From Candidatus Omnitrophota bacterium (GTDB lineage: Bacteria > Omnitrophota > Gorgyraeia > Zapsychrales > Zapsychraceae): a stretch of DNA of 64,000 bases. A program made the position numbers and the translations under genes. This document shows positions 57,193 to 64,000 of the stretch, piece by piece. Under the pieces are notes generated by a model. That model made no database searches, was not told the DNA's origin, and saw nothing but the letters and a program-made list of their open reading frames with translations. Each line of letters opens with the position of its first letter. The stretch's first letter is position 1. Location of the stretch: positions 65,593 through 129,592 of the forward strand of contig JAGQKV010000015.1 of assembly GCA_020429915.1 (NCBI GenBank), written 5' to 3'.

Positions 57193-58845
57193 TCATTGTC
57201 GGGCCCGCGCATCGGTGATAATGTCTTCCGCGACGGGCACGTGCTCTTCCAGGTAATACTTGCCGCAATCCATGTCGGCAAAAATGTTGTTTTCGGTCTC
57301 CAGCTTCTCCAGCAGCGCGGTGTTCAACTGCCCTTTCATGAGATCATTGTACAGCTGCATAAACGAGGCCAGATGCTGATGCACGCGTTCATGGGCGTAC
57401 TCGACCATAGTCCCGGTCCGCATGATAAACGGCCAGTCGCTCGACTCGGCCAGCAACAGTTCACGCGCGGCCTGATTGAGCGCGCGTTTCAGCCATTGGT
57501 CCTCTTCGTCGAGATAGACGTGCCCGTATTTGTCGCACAGCTCGTTCATGCAGCGGGCCGCCTGATGCAGATGACGGTACACCCAGTCATTGGTGTCGTT
57601 TAGCCAGTAGGCGTTATATCCCTGCGCACCCCAGGTCGATTCGGCCGGCAAGGACATCTGGTTGACCCGGTATTCTTCCAGATAATCCGAGGGCGTGACC
57701 ATCTCGACGATATCCTGGTCGAAGGCAATCTTGCGGATCAGAAAATCGATGAACATCGGACCTTCGTACCACCAGTGTCCGTAAAGTTCGGCGTCATACG
57801 GCGCCACGACGATGGGCTTGCGGTCCATGACCGTCGAAAGATATTCAATCTGCCTGATCCGATTATCCAGGAAATGGCCCGCGTGCAAGGCGGCCTTGTG
57901 TTGCGCCCAATCCGGACGGTAGGCTTCCTTGTATTCCGAGCTTCCGGTAATGCGCCAGTACTTGAGTCCCGTGTTGACGCGTATCCCCTCGGGATGAATA
58001 TAGGGACGGATATACTCCATATCACGTTCCCAACCGATATCCTTGTAATACTCGCGGTAATCGGGATCACCGGGATAACCCTCCTTGGAACTCCACACCT
58101 GCTTTGACGTCTCTTCATCCCGGCCGAAACACGCCACACCCGACGGACAAACAAGCGGGGCGTAAACATTGTATAGCGGGACCGGATCGGCATGAGTAAT
58201 GCCGTGCGTGTCGGTGAAGAAGTACTTGATGCCCGCGTCCTTGAGATACTCGTCAACCCCGGCGGTGTACCCGCATTCCGGTAACCAGATCCCGTTGGGC
58301 TGACGACCGAAGGCCTTGGCGTAGGCCTCCACGCCGACATGGATCTGCGCCTCGGCCGTGCGCGGCTGGACATTCAGAATCGGCAAAAATCCATGGGTGG
58401 CCGCGCAGGTGATGATCTCGATCAGACCGGCTTCCTGGAACTCCTTGAAGGCCTGTACGATATCACAATGATAGCGTTCGGCAAAAATTTCGCGGCTCTC
58501 GCGGAAGCGACGGTAATACATCAGCGCCAGGCCGTGGTAATGCGGCTGTGAACCCGTATAGTCAAGTTCGCGCTCGGACAGCTCGATCAGTTTGTCAAGA
58601 TGATGAAGATAACGCTCTTGCAGCAAGGGGTCCTTGAGCATCTGGACCAGCGGCGGGGTCATCGACATGGTCATACGGAACGGAATACGCTCCTGGGCGA
58701 GGTGCTCGAACATGTTGATCAGGGGGATGTAGGTCTCGGTAATCGCCTCAAATAGCCACCGCTCCTCAAGCCGGTCCGGCCGGTCGAGATGACGGACAAA
58801 CGGCAGGTGAGCGTGCAATACTAGAGTAAGATATCCTTTGGCCAT
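57193..58845 (-). CDS. GH57-family 1,4-alpha-glucan branching enzyme.
   Basis: N-terminal MAKGYLTLVLHAHLPFVRH (GH57 hallmark); ~550 aa with a DUF1957-type C-terminal domain. Confidence 0.85.
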   Translation of the reverse strand: MAKGYLTLVLHAHLPFVRHLDRPDRLEERWLFEAITETYIPLINMFEHLAQERIPFRMTMSMTPPLVQMLKDPLLQERYLHHLDKLIELSERELDYTGSQPHYHGLALMYYRRFRESREIFAERYHCDIVQAFKEFQEAGLIEIITCAATHGFLPILNVQPRTAEAQIHVGVEAYAKAFGRQPNGIWLPECGYTAGVDEYLKDAGIKYFFTDTHGITHADPVPLYNVYAPLVCPSGVACFGRDEETSKQVWSSKEGYPGDPDYREYYKDIGWERDMEYIRPYIHPEGIRVNTGLKYWRITGSSEYKEAYRPDWAQHKAALHAGHFLDNRIRQIEYLSTVMDRKPIVVAPYDAELYGHWWYEGPMFIDFLIRKIAFDQDIVEMVTPSDYLEEYRVNQMSLPAESTWGAQGYNAYWLNDTNDWVYRHLHQAARCMNELCDKYGHVYLDEEDQWLKRALNQAARELLLAESSDWPFIMRTGTMVEYAHERVHQHLASFMQLYNDLMKGQLNTALLEKLETENNIFADMDCGKYYLEEHVPVAEDIITDARARQ

Positions 58846-58859
58846 GGCGGTTTCCTGCT

Positions 58860-60017
58860 CTACAATTCCCGGGACTCCGTCGGGGTCCGGATGACGGAAG
58901 ATTCGATGGTCTTGCCCAGTTCCTTCTTCGGCGACCAGGCACGGAAATCCATCGGGAGGACCCCGTCATCCAGGGTCCAGGTGAGTGTGAACTCCCCTTT
59001 ATCGTCGAGCTCAATTTTCTTGTTTCCCAGATAGACATCGGCGTCGGGTTCGGTTTTTCCGGTGACCGTCAATGTCATCTTCAACTCGAACGGAAACTCC
59101 TTCTTATCCGTTTCCCTGAAAAACTGATCAGTGGCGCCGAGAAACGTGACGCGTTCGGATGTTCGAGATACTACACCGCCCGTGTCGGGAGTCTGCTGAA
59201 ATCCGATCTGACCGGCGGCCAGCTTCTCCAGCGACAACTGCTCCTCGCTGCTCAGTCGCTCCATAAAAATCTTCATCATAGGGACGCGGCGCTGATAGTA
59301 CGCACGGATATCGTCGGCCCTGAGAATCATCCGCGATCCGTCCATCATCCAGTTGCTGCGCGGCTTCAGACGTCCGCGCAATTGCCGATTGAAGAGACGA
59401 ATATTCACGTACATATTCTGGGGCTGATTGCTCTCTTCGATCTCTTTCCAAATCACGTCGCGGCGCTGGGATGCCCCGGCACGCTGGGCCCGAATATAAT
59501 TCGATCTGGCCAGTGATTTAAATTCCCCCGAAGGCAACCGCATGCCGATCTCACAAACATACGTCGCGTCGTCGCTGCCCACATGGATGTAGCGGTTGTT
59601 CATGAACAACTCATCCAGATCAAACCAATAATTGGCATTGGTCCCATCAAAGTCAACGAGGGTCACGTCATAGACACGCAGGGTGTAGACGCCCTGCTCC
59701 GCCTCCGGACCGATTGCCTCACGCAAACGTTCGATATCATCGCCGGCAATCTCCCAATAGGCATAAAGGACATACGGCTCCTTGGACAACAAGGTCACAT
59801 AGGTCTGGTAATAGCTTTCGGGAAGGCTCGCCTTTTGCAACGCATCCGTGGATGAGTAAAGATTGAGCGATTGACTGTCCGGGGATTTCTTGGCCGCCGA
59901 GTCTTTAGTCCGCGCGCCGGCGGCCGCAGCCGCCTCGACCGTCGTTTTGGTCTTCTTGGGGGGTGTGTCTTTAGGGGCGCTGGCAGATTTACTGATTTTC
60001 TTCTTGGGCATACTCAC
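58860..60017 (-). CDS. DUF4912 domain protein with a Lys/Ala-rich N-terminus.
   Basis: PYVLYAYWEI motif; sits between the GT4 and GH57 genes. Confidence 0.6.
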   Translation of the reverse strand: MSMPKKKISKSASAPKDTPPKKTKTTVEAAAAAGARTKDSAAKKSPDSQSLNLYSSTDALQKASLPESYYQTYVTLLSKEPYVLYAYWEIAGDDIERLREAIGPEAEQGVYTLRVYDVTLVDFDGTNANYWFDLDELFMNNRYIHVGSDDATYVCEIGMRLPSGEFKSLARSNYIRAQRAGASQRRDVIWKEIEESNQPQNMYVNIRLFNRQLRGRLKPRSNWMMDGSRMILRADDIRAYYQRRVPMMKIFMERLSSEEQLSLEKLAAGQIGFQQTPDTGGVVSRTSERVTFLGATDQFFRETDKKEFPFELKMTLTVTGKTEPDADVYLGNKKIELDDKGEFTLTWTLDDGVLPMDFRAWSPKKELGKTIESSVIRTPTESREL

Positions 60018-60036
60018 GATTCACATCCTCGGCTTG

Positions 60037-61194
60037 TTAATTGTTGTACACATTCAGAGTATCGTCGGCAATGTGATCCCACGAAAACGTGGTCTCCGCC
60101 GTTTTTCGACCGTTGCGACCCATCCAGTGGGCGTGTTCCCTTTTTTCGAGCATGGTCCCCAGTCCCCAGTTCAGGGAATCCGGCTGAGGACTCACTTTAT
60201 ATCCGTTCACATCGTGCCAAACAATCTCGGAAGGGCCGCCCTGGTCCGAAGCCACCACCGGTTTGCCCGCGCTCCACGCCTCCAGAATGACGATTCCGAA
60301 AGGCTCATTACGGCTGGGAACAACCACGCAATCAGCGGTCTTGAACAAATCTTTCAGACGCCAACCGCTGACACTGCCCAAAAACCGGGTTGCGTGCGCG
60401 ATCCCGATTTGACGGCTTTGGTCTTCTATGAACATCCGCATCCCGCCGTCGCCGGCAAAGACAAACTTGGCGTCCGGATAATGCGCCAGTATTTGCGGAA
60501 TGCCTTCCACCAGAATATCCGGGCCCTTCTGATATACCATCCGTCCGACGAAGAGGATCAGCGGATCATACTCACCGATCTCATACATTTTGCGAACGGC
60601 GAGACTGTCGATCCATCCGTCGAACTGCTGCACGTTGACTCCGTTATAAACGACGTCGACTTTGTCGTCCGGAGAACTGTACAACCATTGCAATTCGTTC
60701 TTCAGCGTATGCGACACCGCAATGACCCGGTGCGCGTGATACATACCGTTCCATTCGTGATGCGCCACCTCTTCCGAATGTCCGCCGGCAAAGTTGTTGC
60801 CGCACCGGCCGTATTCGGTGGAATGCATAGTAAAAATCGGTTTGCCGTCCGTCGCATCTTTCAACCAAATCATCGCGTTGGCCGTCAGCCAGTCGTGCGC
60901 GTGAATGATATCGAAGCGGCCCACCTGGTGCTGCGTCTCCAAAAAACGGTCCACGAACGCGCGGCACATATTCATGACATCGTCCTGAAAATGCTGCTGA
61001 TAGTCATAAATGCACCGGTGGTAACAAACACCGTCGACCCACTCCAACGGCGGTTGATCCTGGCCCATGCGGGTAAAGACATGCACCTCATGGCCTTTGC
61101 GGGCCAGCGCCGCGGACAGATCCGAAACGTGAACCGCGATACCGCCTACAGCAATACTGTGTAAAGACTCCCAAGAAAAGAACGCAATTCTCAT
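60037..61194 (-). CDS. GT4-family glycosyltransferase; putative alpha-1,4-glucan (glycogen-like) synthase.
   Basis: N-terminal MRIAFFSWESLHSIAVGGIAVHV; C-terminal EPFGIVILEAWSAGKPVV (GT-B E-x7-E region); 385 aa. Confidence 0.75.
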   Translation of the reverse strand: MRIAFFSWESLHSIAVGGIAVHVSDLSAALARKGHEVHVFTRMGQDQPPLEWVDGVCYHRCIYDYQQHFQDDVMNMCRAFVDRFLETQHQVGRFDIIHAHDWLTANAMIWLKDATDGKPIFTMHSTEYGRCGNNFAGGHSEEVAHHEWNGMYHAHRVIAVSHTLKNELQWLYSSPDDKVDVVYNGVNVQQFDGWIDSLAVRKMYEIGEYDPLILFVGRMVYQKGPDILVEGIPQILAHYPDAKFVFAGDGGMRMFIEDQSRQIGIAHATRFLGSVSGWRLKDLFKTADCVVVPSRNEPFGIVILEAWSAGKPVVASDQGGPSEIVWHDVNGYKVSPQPDSLNWGLGTMLEKREHAHWMGRNGRKTAETTFSWDHIADDTLNVYNN

Positions 61195-61384
61195 AGATGC
61201 CTAATTCAAAAAGAGTTACGATTGTTGTCAGATCGTATTATCAACTATCCAGACTGGGGTACTACTATATGAAGAAAAGATAGTTTTTCGGTGAAATGTT
61301 CGTTAACGGTAGGCAAATTCTCACCAAATTCCTCATTAACGAATTTTCGATTATATCATAGACCCGTTGCCGTAGTAAAGAACA

Positions 61385-61666
61385 TTGTATGAGGGAAACT
61401 ACGCAGTTTCAGGGATTTTCCTTTGTCTTCCATCCCGCTCTGGGCTAGAATGGATGATTATGAAGTCCCGCACAGCGTTAACTCTGATGGACCTGGTGAT
61501 TGCGGTCGTCCTGGCCGTCATTCTGACAGCGGTTATGTATCTGTTCAGCCGTTGGAACCGTGAAACGACCCCGTTTCGCGAACATATTACCGGTTTTCAC
61601 GGTATTGACTGCGCGGCCAATGCGGCCAGTCGCCGCCGCTGCCAGGAATTGGGCGTCGGCCGCTAG
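61385..61666 (+). CDS. Possible small membrane protein (about 70 aa from MIMKSR...). Weak call.
   Basis: One hydrophobic helix LTLMDLVIAVVLAVILTAVMYLF; no clear SD; lies in a divergent AT-rich promoter region. Confidence 0.2.
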   Translation: MYEGNYAVSGIFLCLPSRSGLEWMIMKSRTALTLMDLVIAVVLAVILTAVMYLFSRWNRETTPFREHITGFHGIDCAANAASRRRCQELGVGR

Positions 61667-63918
61667 CCCCCTTTTTTACTCTCCCCCCCAAAATCTTCAA
61701 GAAACTTCGTCGCCTCGGAGACCGGCATCGGTTTGGCAAAAAAGTACCCCTGTACAGAATCACAGCCGTTGTCCTTAAGGAACGCCAACTGTTCGGCAGT
61801 CTCTACCCCCTCGGCGACCACATGCAGGTCCAGGGCATGTGTCAGGCTGATCATCGCGCGGGTGATGGCCTTACTGTCCTTGTTGTCGGGAATGTCACGT
61901 ATAAATGTCCGGTCGATCTTGAGGTGATCGATCGGAAAGAACTTCAGACAGCCGAAGGAGGAATATCCCACACCGAAGTCATCAATCGCGATTTTCATAC
62001 CCAACTCCTTCAATTCAGAAAGCGTCCTGATGCTGTGTTCGATATTTTTCATCGCGATGCTTTCGGTGATCTCAATCTCCAGGGTAAAGGCCTCCACACC
62101 CGTCTTGGCGATGACGTCCTGAATCAATTCCGGCAGTCCCCCCTGCTCAAACTGGCGAGCCGAGAAATTCACCGCGATGTCGACCCCTTCGAAGCCGCCT
62201 TTCTGCCATTGCCGGCTCTGACGGCAGACCTTGTCCAGCACCCATTCTCCGATGGGAATAATGAGTCCGGTTTCCTCAGCCAACGGGATAAAATCCATCG
62301 GGTACACCAGCCCCCGCTCCGGGTGCTGCCAGCGCAGGAGCGCCTCCATGCGGATAACCTTGTTGCTGTGCAGATCAACGATCGGCTGGTAATAGACTTC
62401 AAACTCCATCTTGTCCACTGCGCGCCGCAGATCCGTTTCCAAATGCAGCCGGTCCATTGCCCATTGATGCATTTTCTCATCAAAGAGCTGATGATGCGCC
62501 TTGCCCTCATTCTTGGCCCGGTACATGGCGGTATCGGCGTCCCGCAACATATCCTCCGGTTTCTGCCGGAGCTCCGTATTGAGAGTGATACCGATACTGG
62601 CGGTGATGTAAATATCCTGCCCTCCAATCATCACCGGCTCGGCAATCGTTTTCAGGATCCGTTCGCAGATATGACTGGCCTCCGCGGCATCCTTGATACC
62701 GTCCAGCAGGACGATAAATTCGTCCCCGCCGAGGCGGGCTACCGTATCCACGGCGCGGATGGACTGTTTCAGTTTGTGGCTGACTTTGACCAGCAATTCA
62801 TCGCCGATCAGATGGCCCAGACTGTCGTTCACCACCTTAAATCGGTCGAGATCGATGAACAGGATTGCGAAAAGAAAGTCCTTGTTCCGTTTGGCCCGCT
62901 CAATACAATTTTCCAGCCGGTTCATAAAGAGGGCCCGGTTGGGCAGCGCGGTGAGGCGGTCGTGCAAGGCATCATGGCGCAGTTGTTCCTCGACGATCTT
63001 CTGCCGCGTGATATCGGTTTGCGAGCCGGCCATGCGGTACATGTTGCCCATACTGTCGGACACCGCCAGCCCCCGGGTCAGCACCCAAATATAGGAACCG
63101 TTCTTGTGCTGCATCTGGTATTCGATCTCTAAATGCGGGGTACTGCCCTCCTGGTGCGACCGGACCGCCTTCTTAAAACGCTCTTTGTGATGGGGATGAA
63201 TGCGGCGGTACCACTCTTCGATCGAATTACGCAGCTCCGTTTCCTCGTAACCCAGCATCGCCTTCCAACGCGAGGAAAAATAGATGCTGCCGTTGATCAG
63301 ATCCCAGTCCCACAAACCGTCGTTGGCCCCCGCCGCCGAAAGGGCATACCGTTGTTCGCTGCGGCGCAACGCCTCCATCGTACGAATGTGATCGGTAAAG
63401 TTGCGAATGACAACAAGGATCTGCTTTTGACCGATGACCTGCAACCGGGCCTCGAAGTAAAAACGCTTGTCGTTTTGTTCGATCCAATACTCGATGGTGA
63501 CCAGTTTATTGGTCTTGCCCAGTTCATCAATGGCCTCCTTGTACTTCTTGCCGATAAAATCACCGAAGGAATCCTGAATATAACTCCCCACAATATCTTC
63601 CGGATAGAGGAATTCCTCGCGGATGACGGGTTCGTGAAACTCGATGATCTCTCCCGTCCTTTTAATACGGATGATGGCATCCGGAAACAGGGCGATCATT
63701 GTTTCGATTTCGGCGTTCTTAGCAAGAAGTTCGCGGGAACTGATGTCGAGTGAGCGTTCGATGAGTTCGCGCTCTTCGTCGGTCTGAAAGTAGGTGAGAT
63801 TAACCGCGGAGAGGAACCCCTCGTACTTGGAAACTATTTCACTGTTTCCGTTGAGGTGTTTCCTGATTTGACGCTTCAGCAGCTTATGGTAGTCGTCCGC
63901 CATAGGCTCACGATTCAC
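61663..63918 (-). CDS. PAS-PAS-GGDEF-EAL signalling protein (diguanylate cyclase/phosphodiesterase).
   Basis: GGDEF motif RLGGDEF; EAL motifs EALLRWQHP, EIEITES, DDFGVGYSS; two PAS domains in the N-terminal half. Confidence 0.85.
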   Translation of the reverse strand: MNREPMADDYHKLLKRQIRKHLNGNSEIVSKYEGFLSAVNLTYFQTDEERELIERSLDISSRELLAKNAEIETMIALFPDAIIRIKRTGEIIEFHEPVIREEFLYPEDIVGSYIQDSFGDFIGKKYKEAIDELGKTNKLVTIEYWIEQNDKRFYFEARLQVIGQKQILVVIRNFTDHIRTMEALRRSEQRYALSAAGANDGLWDWDLINGSIYFSSRWKAMLGYEETELRNSIEEWYRRIHPHHKERFKKAVRSHQEGSTPHLEIEYQMQHKNGSYIWVLTRGLAVSDSMGNMYRMAGSQTDITRQKIVEEQLRHDALHDRLTALPNRALFMNRLENCIERAKRNKDFLFAILFIDLDRFKVVNDSLGHLIGDELLVKVSHKLKQSIRAVDTVARLGGDEFIVLLDGIKDAAEASHICERILKTIAEPVMIGGQDIYITASIGITLNTELRQKPEDMLRDADTAMYRAKNEGKAHHQLFDEKMHQWAMDRLHLETDLRRAVDKMEFEVYYQPIVDLHSNKVIRMEALLRWQHPERGLVYPMDFIPLAEETGLIIPIGEWVLDKVCRQSRQWQKGGFEGVDIAVNFSARQFEQGGLPELIQDVIAKTGVEAFTLEIEITESIAMKNIEHSIRTLSELKELGMKIAIDDFGVGYSSFGCLKFFPIDHLKIDRTFIRDIPDNKDSKAITRAMISLTHALDLHVVAEGVETAEQLAFLKDNGCDSVQGYFFAKPMPVSEATKFLEDFGGESKKGG

Positions 63919-63975
63919 TAAACGTGGTGATCGTCATGGTCTGATTGTGCAATTCGCACTTGGCGTTCGGGGTAA

Positions 63976-63993
63976 ACGGGGAAATTTCCCCGT
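63976..63993. promoter_or_regulatory. 18-bp perfect palindrome upstream of the GGDEF-EAL gene.
   Basis: ACGGGGAAATTTCCCCGT equals its own reverse complement; about 60 nt upstream of the ATG at 63918. Confidence 0.25.
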
Positions 63994-64000
63994 AGGAATA

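Noticed and set aside
1-64000. Search for CRISPR arrays, tRNA/rRNA genes, IS elements, integrases and phage genes
   Set aside because: No direct-repeat/spacer arrays, no tRNA-like TψC-arm sequences in the short intergenic regions, and no transposase, integrase or phage hallmark proteins among the ORFs.

Overview
High-GC bacterial chromosomal segment, almost entirely minus-strand coding, from an organism that uses strong AGGAGG Shine-Dalgarno sites; several starts are refined from RBS position. The 5' third (1-11.6 kb) is a compact type IVa pilus locus in the order pilB-pilC-pilA-pilMN(fused)-pilO-pilP-pilQ, followed by a 726-aa prepilin-type protein with carboxypeptidase-regulatory-like repeats and a further pseudopilin. 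Upstream of it sits an NHL-repeat secreted protein whose ~200-nt leader matches the conserved blocks of a c-di-GMP-I (GEMM) riboswitch followed by a terminator hairpin with a U10 tract; I rank this first. The rest of the window, in order: hemB, a DnaQ-like exonuclease, an orphan receiver, lgt; an overlapping-gene operon joining pterin enzymes (FolE2, MoaB) with a NUDIX hydrolase and an HAD phosphatase; an AI-2E transporter; two tandem TMTC-like TPR membrane paralogs feeding into a MoxR-DUF58-transglutaminase triad; an RlpA-like and an MnmC-like protein; a novel 5x27-aa tandem-repeat membrane protein; and a MurF-like ligase. It continues with a Pho locus (phoB-phoR, a Pho-box-preceded small ORF, a terminator, pstCAB-phoU) that lacks pstS; a radical-SAM/nuclease/secreted-protein block; a UvrD-family helicase translationally coupled to an EndoQ-like PHP nuclease; ppa; a glycogen/alpha-glucan cluster (GT4, DUF4912, GH57 branching enzyme, a histone-tailed double-DUF2934 protein); and a PAS-GGDEF-EAL protein. 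No rRNA, tRNA, CRISPR or mobile elements were seen. Long plus-strand ORFs antisense to these genes are treated as GC artefacts.
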